The notes below the pieces were generated by a model. The model was not told the DNA's origin. It did not search any database and saw only the letters and a list, made by a program, of their open reading frames with translations. Of a stretch of 64,000 nucleotides of DNA, positions 35,710 through 44,915 are shown one piece after another; position 1 is the stretch's first letter, and each line of letters starts with the position of its first letter. A program made the position numbers and the translations under genes. Origin of the DNA: Oligoflexales bacterium. GTDB taxonomy: Bacteria > Bdellovibrionota_B > Oligoflexia > Oligoflexales > RGVZ01. The stretch lies in the NCBI GenBank assembly GCA_947445775.1, contig CANFEB010000001.1, positions 147,291 through 211,290 of the forward strand. The letters are read 5' to 3'.

Positions 35710-37584
35710 GTGTCCAATAGCCAATCCGGAAATTTTTCAAATCGTCTTGCGGCCTCGGCATTGGAGCGCGCTCGCTACTGGGCATCTTCCACGGCCTTTG
35801 ATGCCGAAACTCGCCAAGAGGTTCAGGCCCTTATTGATAGTGGCAATGAGCCGGAAATCGTCAACCGCTTCTATCGCGACTTGGAGTTTGGAACGGGCGG
35901 ATTGCGGGGAATTCTTGGGGCCGGAAGTTGCCGCATGAACCTCTACAATGTCCGCAAGGCGACGACGGCTTTGGCGCTATATCTGAAGGAGTTTCACGGG
36001 GCAGTGCCGGAAAGTTCGGCAAGCAGCCTAGGTAGTCCACGCAGCCCAGACAGACTCGCCGTGGCCATCGCCTATGACTCGCGCCATCGCAGCCAGGAAT
36101 TTGCCCGGGCGGCGGCAGAGGTTCTCGCCGCCCATGGCATCAGGGCTTTGATCACAAAGGAAATGCGACCGGTGCCCATGCTGTCCTTCATGACGCGGCA
36201 TTTTGATTGCGCGGCAGGGATTTGTATCACGGCCAGCCACAACCCGCCGGAGTACAACGGCTACAAGGTTTATTGGCAGACGGGTGCCCAACTGGTGCCC
36301 CCCCACGACCGAAAAATCATCGAGCATTACGCGGCGATTGCCGGCTACGAACACCTGAAACACGTGGCTTACGATACGGCTAAATCCGCCGACATGATCC
36401 GTGAGGTTGGCGGCGCCCTGGACGAAGTTTACTTCGCCAAAATCAAGGGCCTCATGCTCCACGAGAGTAACCTGGGCGTGGTGGCTCGAAGTTCTTTCAA
36501 GATTGTGTATACGCCACTTCACGGCACGGGACTTTTTCCGGTCACAGAGTGCTTGAAGAGATTTGGTTTCACCAATGTGTTGATTCCTCCCGAGCAGCGC
36601 GACCCCGACGGGCGATTCCCCACGGTAAAATCCCCGAACCCGGAGGATCCGGAAGCCTTGGCCATGGCCATCCAGCTGGCGAAAGAGACGAATGCAGACT
36701 TGGTTTTGGGAACCGACCCGGATACCGACCGGATTGGAATTGTGGTTCGCGAGGGTAGTGACTTCATCATTTTCAATGGCAATCAGATTGGCTGCCTTTT
36801 GACCGAATTTGTCTTGGATGGCCTGTCGGCTGCGAAACGGATGCCGCCGCGGCCCCTGGTGATCAAGACCATCGTCACCACCGACATGCAAGCCGACATC
36901 GCCCGCCATTACGGTGCAGACTGCGAGGAAACCCTGACCGGCTTCAAGTGGATCTGTGACCGAATCGAGTGCTATGAAAGTGGCAGCCTGCAACCGAAAA
37001 AAACCTACGTCTGCGGCGGCGAGGAAAGCTACGGATTCCTTATGGACCGCTTTGTTCGCGACAAGGACGCTGTCGCAGCCTGCTGCATCGCCGCCGAGAT
37101 GGTCGCCTGGTACAAGAGTCAAGGCCTGAGCATGTCCCAGGTTCTTGATCGCCTCTTCATGCGCCACGGCCTTTATCAAGAAAGCCTGCACACGATCACC
37201 CTGCCAGGCCAATCTGGTGAGGCGCGGATCAAAGCCATGATGACGGGCCTGCGCAAGGATCCGCCCCTGAAACTCGCCGGGCAGAATGTCAAAATCATCC
37301 GAGACTATGAGGAAGGCCGCGAGCTTGCGGTCAAGGGCGCCAATGTGGCAGAGGTCGGCAAACTCACCCTCCCGAAGTCTGACGTGTTACAATTTGAACT
37401 GGACGATGGATCCAAAGTCAGTGTCCGTCCGTCCGGAACCGAGCCGAAAATAAAGTTTTATGTCTCGGTCCGGGATGCACGGGCTAAGGGTTGCGCGGAA
37501 GTCGACTTGCCGGCTTTGAAAAAAGCTGCGGTCAAACGCGTGCAGGAAATCCAACAGACTTTCGTGGATCTCGCTAATAAATAA
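35710..37584 (+). CDS. Phospho-sugar mutase (alpha-D-phosphohexomutase family)
   Basis: GTG start after a GGGGAGGG Shine-Dalgarno. Active-site loop ITASHNPPEYNGYKVY, metal loop GTDPDTDR, sugar loop GGEESYG. 624 aa. Confidence 0.9.
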   Translation: MSNSQSGNFSNRLAASALERARYWASSTAFDAETRQEVQALIDSGNEPEIVNRFYRDLEFGTGGLRGILGAGSCRMNLYNVRKATTALALYLKEFHGAVPESSASSLGSPRSPDRLAVAIAYDSRHRSQEFARAAAEVLAAHGIRALITKEMRPVPMLSFMTRHFDCAAGICITASHNPPEYNGYKVYWQTGAQLVPPHDRKIIEHYAAIAGYEHLKHVAYDTAKSADMIREVGGALDEVYFAKIKGLMLHESNLGVVARSSFKIVYTPLHGTGLFPVTECLKRFGFTNVLIPPEQRDPDGRFPTVKSPNPEDPEALAMAIQLAKETNADLVLGTDPDTDRIGIVVREGSDFIIFNGNQIGCLLTEFVLDGLSAAKRMPPRPLVIKTIVTTDMQADIARHYGADCEETLTGFKWICDRIECYESGSLQPKKTYVCGGEESYGFLMDRFVRDKDAVAACCIAAEMVAWYKSQGLSMSQVLDRLFMRHGLYQESLHTITLPGQSGEARIKAMMTGLRKDPPLKLAGQNVKIIRDYEEGRELAVKGANVAEVGKLTLPKSDVLQFELDDGSKVSVRPSGTEPKIKFYVSVRDARAKGCAEVDLPALKKAAVKRVQEIQQTFVDLANK

Positions 37585-37618
37585 TTGTGCAACCCCGTCG
37601 GCAATAAGGTGATCGAAG

Positions 37619-38479
37619 ATGGTCAAACACAGGGCAAAAACTTTTGCGCCTCTTGCCGTAGCCACGATGCTTCTGGCCTCGGCTGCCACTGGCCTTGCTG
37701 CCACCAGCGGCGATTACCAACGGGCCAGTGATGGCACTGAGGTGGTCATGCGCAAGACCTTTCCAAAAAAGTCTCGAATCGAAGTTGAAGGCAGCGGCGG
37801 TATGGTTCTCAACCAGTCCTACATCAGCACGCTTCTTTTTGGTGGTGGTGTTAATTATTTTTGGTCGGAAGAATGGGGCGTTGGCGTCGAGGCCATGATC
37901 GCTTCGAACTCAGATAAGTCTGAACGCCAGTGTCTGGAAAAATTCTTCAACGATCCAGACAATGTCGTTGGTACTGAGTGCGGCGAGCCCGGAGAATTAC
38001 AAGGCCGCGCAAATTACGGGCCTGCCTATGTGCCAATTCGTCAGACGGATACGCTGCTCGGGGTCCATGCCATTTGGAACCCGGTTTACGGCAAGCAAAT
38101 CATTTTGCTGCGGGCAGTGACCCACTTTGATTTGTATTTCTTGGCGGGCGGCGGCGTGGCGATGTCCACTTTTTGGAAACAACAAACGACGCTGAAAGGA
38201 ACCAACCGTTCCAATCGGGGAAGTTTTAATGCGGACACTACTATTACGACCGGTAATCCGGGGGCGGCTGCTACGGAAACAGATCTTTATGGCACCGCAG
38301 GCCGTCCAGGTGCTGAAGCCTCCACCACCATCCAAGGGACTTTTGCGGTTGGCCAAAAATATCACTTTACGAAAAACATGCACGCGCGGATTGAGCTGCG
38401 CAACTACCTGCTGATTGGCACCAGCTCCGGATTTGACAACTTCTTTGCCTTGACCGGAGGCGTCGGATTCCGTTTCTGA
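37619..38479 (+). CDS. Outer-membrane beta-barrel domain protein
   Basis: Signal peptide ...LAVATMLLASAATGLAA, alternating-hydrophobic strands, and C-terminal ...FALTGGVGFRF (terminal Phe). Confidence 0.7.
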   Translation: MVKHRAKTFAPLAVATMLLASAATGLAATSGDYQRASDGTEVVMRKTFPKKSRIEVEGSGGMVLNQSYISTLLFGGGVNYFWSEEWGVGVEAMIASNSDKSERQCLEKFFNDPDNVVGTECGEPGELQGRANYGPAYVPIRQTDTLLGVHAIWNPVYGKQIILLRAVTHFDLYFLAGGGVAMSTFWKQQTTLKGTNRSNRGSFNADTTITTGNPGAAATETDLYGTAGRPGAEASTTIQGTFAVGQKYHFTKNMHARIELRNYLLIGTSSGFDNFFALTGGVGFRF

Positions 38480-38541
38480 CGCCAACAACGCAGCGGACGA
38501 ACTACTGGCTGCCGAAAGAACAGTGGGCTTATTAACGGCGC

Positions 38542-38904
38542 TTAACGCGTCCGCTGTTTGATGATGGTGAAGACCTTGTCGAGATCTTTCGGAGTGATGC
38601 CGACTTTCAAGAGTCCGCCGGCGTCGATGATGATGGCCTCGTTTTTCAAAGGCCGCATGAAATCCAAGTGGTACCAGATGCGCTGCAGGCTAAGGCCCGA
38701 GACATCCATACCTAAAATATCCATGCCCCAAACGCGCCATCGCCCCGAAAAAGTCCGCAAGCGGTGGCGGCGGACAGAAAGAATTTCCGTCCAAGCGATC
38801 TTGCGGGAGCGCTTGGACGGAAAATAAAAATTACGGATCAAGATGCCATCGAAGCCGCAGGCAACCAGCGAATCATCGTAAAACCATTTGGGTTTCGCCG
38901 TCAC
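38542..38904 (-). CDS. Hypothetical protein (120 aa)
   Basis: A clean ATG ORF between the OMP gene and ssb. No motif recognised. Confidence 0.45.
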   Translation of the reverse strand: MTAKPKWFYDDSLVACGFDGILIRNFYFPSKRSRKIAWTEILSVRRHRLRTFSGRWRVWGMDILGMDVSGLSLQRIWYHLDFMRPLKNEAIIIDAGGLLKVGITPKDLDKVFTIIKQRTR

Positions 38905-38938
38905 CAGTCACCTGCTCGGATCATATTTTTTTATCGAA

Positions 38939-39433
38939 TCAAAACGGGATCTCGTCGAGCCCCTGGTCGTAAGAGTTGCTCGCACCCTGCTGGCTGCCGC
39001 CGACCTCAGAAGGTCCTTGATTGCTCTGGTTGCTCTGATTGCTCTGGTTGCTCGTAGACGGAGCAACACCCATCTCGCCGCGCTCACGCGACTGGGTTCC
39101 ACCGGCGCCGCCAAGGAATTGCACATTCTGCGCCACGATCTCGGTCGTGTAACGCTTCTGGCCGTTTTTATCTTCCCAGGAACGGGTCTGGAGCTTGCCC
39201 TCGACAAAAACCGTGCGGCCCTTGACGAGATACTTGGAGCAGTTTTCAGCCTGCTTGTTCCAGACAATAACGCGGTGCCATTCTGTAACGTCTTGACGCT
39301 GACCATCTGCACCCGGACGGGACTCGGTCGTAGCGACATTGAGGGTTGCAACGGCAACCTGGTTTGGTGTGTAACGGAGCTCGGGGTCTTGGCCGAGGTT
39401 GCCAATGATCAAAACACGGTTCAAAGATGCCAT
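38939..39433 (-). CDS. ssb: Single-stranded DNA-binding protein
   Basis: MASLNRVLIIGNLGQDPELRYTPNQVAVATLNVATTE...EWHRVIVW OB fold, Gly/Gln-rich linker with (SNQ)x4, and acidic tip DEIPF. Confidence 0.95.
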   Translation of the reverse strand: MASLNRVLIIGNLGQDPELRYTPNQVAVATLNVATTESRPGADGQRQDVTEWHRVIVWNKQAENCSKYLVKGRTVFVEGKLQTRSWEDKNGQKRYTTEIVAQNVQFLGGAGGTQSRERGEMGVAPSTSNQSNQSNQSNQGPSEVGGSQQGASNSYDQGLDEIPF

Positions 39434-39560
39434 TTTTTAAACTCCTCCGGAAACAGGTGGCTCAAGGCTTTCGTTCACTTGGGATACCCGCAAATCTTCA
39501 CTGCCGTCAAAAGCAAATTTATGGTTTGCCGAAAATGTCATGCCATGACATCCTCGCCCC

Positions 39561-41063
39561 ATGTCAATCACCTGTAAAAACAGCCTATTCGCCGCCACGT
39601 CCGCGACCGTTATTATGACCCTTGTCATGGGCGCCCTTGTGACCACGGCCTGCAAACGAGAGGAATCATTCCCCGGCCTCGGCAATCAGATGGCCAGCCC
39701 CGTCGACGTCGCCGTGGCACCTGGGGAAGGCTATTTCTACGTTCTCAACGCCGATTTTGACCGGACCTACAACGCCGGCTCTCTGCTTGTGCTCGATACT
39801 GCGGGCAATAAAATGTCAGCCATAAAAGTCCCGCGCCTTGGCCGCACCATCGCCGTCGCTGGCAACGACATGCTGGTGAGCTTTGACGCTGACGGAACCA
39901 GCAGCAGTGCCACCGCCATCCTTTATGATGTCTCTGCACCGGATTTGCCCCGGGAAGTCGCCCGCCTTGACCTCGGCTGCAGCCCCCTCAACACGATCAT
40001 GCGCGAAGGCTACAAACACTTTGCCATCGCCTGCGATAATGCCGGGGATGCCGGCGGATTACTGATCGGAACCTTGACGGACGACCGCACGCAAACCACG
40101 GTAAAACTAGTCCGTTCTTATGGGACAGCGCGCCGCGCCATGCACCTCGATCCAGTCAACGAACTGCTGTTTGCATTCCCAACAGACTATGGCGCGCAGA
40201 CCTGGTTGGACCTCGATTTGGACGACTCCTCCTCTTATACTGCCGATGGGATTCAAACTAGCACGCCCAACGAAATACCCGATGACTACGAAAAAACCCG
40301 GCGCGCGCGTTCGAGTCTGGCGCAACGCCAAGTATACCAATCCATCGTCTACGATTTGGCCGCCGAACGAGACGCAACGCCAGAGTCATTTCCCTTCCGC
40401 GATGCCAAGACCACCGAGGTTGCCAAGGAATTTCGCTGGATCTATTTCAACCCCGAAGGCTTTGGCGGCGTCCCGGATTCAGATGCCGGAATCACTTCAA
40501 CCTCGGCCACCCGCCGGTACTACCGGACTAATTTTTTCGGCGCCCACCAGGATCCTGACGATGGGGCCGCTTTTTACCTGAGCCACCGGGGACACATCGA
40601 AACCACAACGGGGATCGGATCACCCCATGCCAATGACGTCTTGCGCGTGGCCATTGTCGGCGACCCTCGGGTCAGGGGCGACGGAACTGTGCCGATGACC
40701 AGTGATTACCTAAAGTTTACGAGGGTTTACGGTCGCGGGGCTGAGGACAACGAAAAAGGTCTGCACTATCCGGGGGACATCGAAGTTAAGCGAGTCCAAG
40801 GCGAGAAGATGCTTTTTGTAAATCATTTCAGGGATTTGGTAAATTGGTCGCGCTCGCAGGTTTATTTTGGGGTGGCAGCGAAATCACTTGGCAACCAATA
40901 TTGGTCTGCGGAAATCGGCACCCCCGACCCCTACAATTCCTACTACCAAATAGCCGTCACAGCAAAAGGGCGGGCAGCCGTATGCTCCTTCTATGGAAAC
41001 AAGGTAATTCTATTTGATGTTCAGCCCGGGACTGCTATAAAAGAGCACTTGAACATCCAATAA
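39561..41063 (+). CDS. Hypothetical lipoprotein (500 aa), beta-propeller-like
   Basis: ...VMGALVTTAC lipobox. Repeated strand motifs (GYFYVLNADF.., LLVLDTAGN.., IAVAGNDMLVSFD). Lies immediately upstream of smc. Confidence 0.65.
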   Translation: MSITCKNSLFAATSATVIMTLVMGALVTTACKREESFPGLGNQMASPVDVAVAPGEGYFYVLNADFDRTYNAGSLLVLDTAGNKMSAIKVPRLGRTIAVAGNDMLVSFDADGTSSSATAILYDVSAPDLPREVARLDLGCSPLNTIMREGYKHFAIACDNAGDAGGLLIGTLTDDRTQTTVKLVRSYGTARRAMHLDPVNELLFAFPTDYGAQTWLDLDLDDSSSYTADGIQTSTPNEIPDDYEKTRRARSSLAQRQVYQSIVYDLAAERDATPESFPFRDAKTTEVAKEFRWIYFNPEGFGGVPDSDAGITSTSATRRYYRTNFFGAHQDPDDGAAFYLSHRGHIETTTGIGSPHANDVLRVAIVGDPRVRGDGTVPMTSDYLKFTRVYGRGAEDNEKGLHYPGDIEVKRVQGEKMLFVNHFRDLVNWSRSQVYFGVAAKSLGNQYWSAEIGTPDPYNSYYQIAVTAKGRAAVCSFYGNKVILFDVQPGTAIKEHLNIQ

Positions 41064-41081
41064 ACGTAGTGGCAGTGACCA

Positions 41082-44000
41082 ATGCACCTAAAACGAATTA
41101 CCGTTCAGGGCTTCAAGTCCTTTGCTGATAAAATCAGCCTGACCTTTGACCGTGGTATTACCGGGGTCGTTGGCCCGAATGGTTCTGGAAAAAGTAATAT
41201 CATCGACGCCGTCCGCTGGGTCATGGGCGAACAAAACGCCAAGAACCTGCGGGGCGAAAAGGCGACCGACATTATTTTTGCGGGCTCCGAGCGCCGCAAG
41301 ACCATGTCCATGGCCGAAGTTTCTCTGACCTTCGACAACACCGAAGGCGCCAGCATTTGTCCTCCTGAATACCGCCATGAACCTGAAATCACTCTGACGC
41401 GGCGTCTTTATATCGATGGCCAGCGCGAATACCTGATCAACCGCAAGGCATGCCGCCTGAAAGATATTGTCGGCTTCTTTGCCCTGACGGGTCTCGGTGG
41501 GCGCAGCTATTCAATGATCCAACAGGGTCAAGTCGACCGTATCCTCAATGCAAAGCCAGAAGACGTTCGCGAAATCCTGGAAGAAGCCGCTGGCACACTG
41601 ATCTACAAAACCCGCAAGATCGAGGCTCAAAAACGCCTTGAAGCGACCGCCCTGAACCTGTCTCGCGTGACCGACATTCTGACCGAAATCGAACGCCAGA
41701 AAACCTCCCTCGAAGAACAAGTCGAGAAGGCGCAAAAGTGGCAGGAGATGTCCGGCAGGCTACGTGATGAAGAGCTGCTCCTCCTGGCACACAACTTCAC
41801 CTTGTTCAAAAATAAACTCGATGAAGCCCAGTCTGCCTTGGCCGAACAAACGACCAAGGAAGCAGAATTTCTGGCGGCAGTTAGCCAATATGAGTCCCGC
41901 TTTGAGGAACTACAGCAGCAACTGGCGGAGGCTGACCCGGAACTGGCGGCCGTCGTTGAACAGATTTCTTCCATCCGTGAGGAGATCGCCCGTGCTGAAT
42001 CCGCTGTGGGCAACGCCCAAACGCGCATGGACACGGGGGCAAACCGCCTGCGTGACATTCACCGTGAAATCGAAGAAGACGCCTCAAACCTCAAAGTGAT
42101 CGAAGCCCAAGTTGATGGCGCAACGACAGAGCTCTCCAATGCTGACAAGACGGCGACGGTACTTCGCGGCCAACTGGAAGCCTTCCAAGACGAAGTGGAT
42201 ATGGTTGACGAGTCCGCACGCGTCTTTCGCGGTAAGATCGAAGATGGCGAAGACGAACTTCGCAACCTGACCCGTTTGATTGACAGCAACAAAGTGCGTT
42301 CTGAGGCCGCTCAGCGCGAGATTTCCCGCGCTGAAAAAGGCCTCGCAGCCGAGACCTCGCGGCGCGAAAATCTGCAAAGTGACGTGGCTCAGGCTACCGC
42401 AACCTTTGAGGGGGCGCGGGATAGAGCCGGCGGCCAACAAGAAGGCCTCGACGTAGAAATCCGTGAGAAGCACGCCCGCGAAGCCGCCGTCGCCGCGCAG
42501 TATGCACAAATGAAGGCCGCCAACACCACCCGCGACACCCTGCGGGAAAAATACCATGAATCACGCGCCCGCCTGACTTCGTTGCAGGAACTAGACGAAC
42601 AAGGGGCAACCGACGCCGCGTCGTCGCTGCAAAAACTATTTGATTCCGGATCCATTGATCGCAATCAGGTTCCCGGACTTTTCGCCCAACTGATCGCCTG
42701 GACCGCCAATGCGCAAGAGCTTCCCAAGCCGGCGGCCCAGGGCTTTGAACGCTGGTCAGAACGCCTTGTCATCACCAGCATCGATGGTTTGAATCAGGTT
42801 ATCCGCGCTGCGGCCAAGGCCGAGGTCACGCCGCTGCCCGTCACGCTGTTGGGGCGTTCGGTCGCCCTAAAATCAGACAGCGCCTTCGGAGCGCTTGTCA
42901 GAACTTGGGCAGATAATTTCGATGCTGTTTCGATGAGCGAATTTCTACGGCTCGACTCCAAGAACACCCAAGGCGCTCTAAGCCCCCAGGCAAAATCCGG
43001 ACTGGAAGCGCTCCTTCACCGACTTTATTTCGTCCCAGCATTGGCCATAGACGATTCCTCCCTGAAGGAAATGCCGTCGGGCGTCATTGCGTTCACCGCG
43101 CAAGGGCTTTGCATCACCGGTGAAGATGATTTCCTGGTCAGTGGTCGTGGTGGAGCCAGTGTTCTCAGCCGCAAATCCGAGCAGGAATCTCTGGCGAAAA
43201 ACCTCAAAGAGGTCGAAGGCGACCTGGCGCGAGCCCAATCACTGATCGACGGACTCGAAGTCCGTATCAACGAAGATCGCGGCGTTATCACCGAGATCGA
43301 TGGCCGTTTGCAAAAGCAAAATAGCAGTGTTCTGGCCATCATGGCCGAGCTGCAATCAGCCCAACAAGTTGCCGTCCACAAACAAGAACTTTTGGTTGCC
43401 CAAGAACAAACCACGGCGGACTTGGAACGTCAGAATACGCAGTTTCGCGCTGAACTGACCAGCTTGGAATCTTCGCGCTCGGCTCTTGAAGAAGAGCTGC
43501 GTAATGCCGGGGCTGAACTCGTAAATATTCGCGAAGAGGCCTCGGGCTTAGAAGAACGCCGCGAGGAAGTCTTCCGCCAAAACCGTAGCCGTTCGGTGGA
43601 TCTAGCAAAATCAGAGGCGCGGGCCACTGCCCTGCGTGAAAGCTTCATCCATGCCCGTGCCCAGCAAGAACTTTTACAAAATAAGCTGAGCCGCCGGTAC
43701 GAAGAACAGGCCGCGCTGCAAAACGATATTGAGTCTGCCAAAAACCAATTCGAACATTCCCAGTTCCGCATCGAAGGAATGATCGGTCAGCGCGCCGCAC
43801 TGGATGAAAAAGTCGCAGAAAGGCGCGAGGCCCAAGCCGGCATCCATGAAGAGTTGCGCGTCATTGATTCGCGCCTCAAAGAAACCCGCGAGTATCAGGC
43901 CAAGGTCCAAAAAAGCCTGTCCGACAAAAATGTTCAAATTGAACGCGCAACCATGGCCATCACGAGCGTGAATGCCCAAGCGCAAGAAAAATATCAACTC

Positions 44001-44867
44001 GACATTGCAACCTACACGTTTACCTATGATCCAGAATTTGAGGCCGACAAGATTGCGCGTAGCGTCGGCAGCTTGCGTGGGCGGATTGATTCCCTTGGCC
44101 CGATCAACATGATGGCCCTCAAGGAATTTGAAGAACTCACCTCGCGAGAGGACTTCATCCGCACTCAGCAAGACGAAATCAATTCAAGTATTGCGCTGCT
44201 GAATGAAGCCATCGGTGAAATTGAAATTTCATCCAAGGACAAATTCCTTGCGACGTTTACTGTGGTCAACCGGGAATTCGGCCAACTCTTTCCGATTCTT
44301 TTCCCGAATGGTGAAGGCCAACTGCAACTCACGAACCCTGAGGATCCGCTGAATGGCGGAGTCGAAATCATGGTCCGTCTGCCGGGTAAGAAACCGCAAA
44401 ACATGAATCTGTTTTCCGGCGGCGAAAAGGCTCTTACCGCCATCTCGCTGATTTTCGCTTTGCTGAAGTCCAAGCCGACACCGTTTTGCTTTCTTGACGA
44501 AGTAGACGCACCCCTCGATGAGGCGAACGTCGGCCGTTATAATCGCGTTCTCGACGCGTTGTCGGATCAGTTCCAGTTCATCATCATCACCCACAACCGC
44601 CGGACGATGGAGGTGCTCGACACCCTCTACGGCGTAACGATGCAAGAGCCTGGTGTTTCCAGCATTGTTGGCGTGGATATGAAGAAGGACTTGCCAACCC
44701 ATTTGAAGAAAGCCTTCAAAGACGAGCCCAAGAAGTCACCAGAGATTACCGGTGCTTCATTGGCAATCGAGGCTGCGGCGTTGGACGACAGTTTTGATCC
44801 GGAGGGCCCCGTTCCCGTCCCACATGAAGACGATGGCCGGAGTTTTGAAGGCGCCAGCTCCCGGTAG
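41082..44867 (+). CDS. smc: Chromosome partition protein Smc
   Basis: 1261 aa. MHLKRITVQGFKSFADK...GPNGSGKSNIIDA Walker A, long coiled coils, a hinge, LSGGEKALTAISLIFAL signature, and FCFLDEVDAPLD Walker B. Confidence 0.96.
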   Translation: MHLKRITVQGFKSFADKISLTFDRGITGVVGPNGSGKSNIIDAVRWVMGEQNAKNLRGEKATDIIFAGSERRKTMSMAEVSLTFDNTEGASICPPEYRHEPEITLTRRLYIDGQREYLINRKACRLKDIVGFFALTGLGGRSYSMIQQGQVDRILNAKPEDVREILEEAAGTLIYKTRKIEAQKRLEATALNLSRVTDILTEIERQKTSLEEQVEKAQKWQEMSGRLRDEELLLLAHNFTLFKNKLDEAQSALAEQTTKEAEFLAAVSQYESRFEELQQQLAEADPELAAVVEQISSIREEIARAESAVGNAQTRMDTGANRLRDIHREIEEDASNLKVIEAQVDGATTELSNADKTATVLRGQLEAFQDEVDMVDESARVFRGKIEDGEDELRNLTRLIDSNKVRSEAAQREISRAEKGLAAETSRRENLQSDVAQATATFEGARDRAGGQQEGLDVEIREKHAREAAVAAQYAQMKAANTTRDTLREKYHESRARLTSLQELDEQGATDAASSLQKLFDSGSIDRNQVPGLFAQLIAWTANAQELPKPAAQGFERWSERLVITSIDGLNQVIRAAAKAEVTPLPVTLLGRSVALKSDSAFGALVRTWADNFDAVSMSEFLRLDSKNTQGALSPQAKSGLEALLHRLYFVPALAIDDSSLKEMPSGVIAFTAQGLCITGEDDFLVSGRGGASVLSRKSEQESLAKNLKEVEGDLARAQSLIDGLEVRINEDRGVITEIDGRLQKQNSSVLAIMAELQSAQQVAVHKQELLVAQEQTTADLERQNTQFRAELTSLESSRSALEEELRNAGAELVNIREEASGLEERREEVFRQNRSRSVDLAKSEARATALRESFIHARAQQELLQNKLSRRYEEQAALQNDIESAKNQFEHSQFRIEGMIGQRAALDEKVAERREAQAGIHEELRVIDSRLKETREYQAKVQKSLSDKNVQIERATMAITSVNAQAQEKYQLDIATYTFTYDPEFEADKIARSVGSLRGRIDSLGPINMMALKEFEELTSREDFIRTQQDEINSSIALLNEAIGEIEISSKDKFLATFTVVNREFGQLFPILFPNGEGQLQLTNPEDPLNGGVEIMVRLPGKKPQNMNLFSGGEKALTAISLIFALLKSKPTPFCFLDEVDAPLDEANVGRYNRVLDALSDQFQFIIITHNRRTMEVLDTLYGVTMQEPGVSSIVGVDMKKDLPTHLKKAFKDEPKKSPEITGASLAIEAAALDDSFDPEGPVPVPHEDDGRSFEGASSR

Positions 44868-44915
44868 TCAGATTTCGCTGCAAAAAGCGAAGATTTTTGC
44901 AGCGAAATCTGACTA
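44865..44915. repeat. Perfect 22-bp-arm palindrome between convergent smc and an Omp85 gene; the arms contain both stop codons
   Basis: TAGTCAGATTTCGCTGCAAAAA (44865-44886), loop GCGAAGA, then TTTTTGCAGCGAAATCTGACTA (44894-44915). The smc TAG is 44865-44867; the stop of the minus-strand gene is 44913-44915. Confidence 0.9.
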
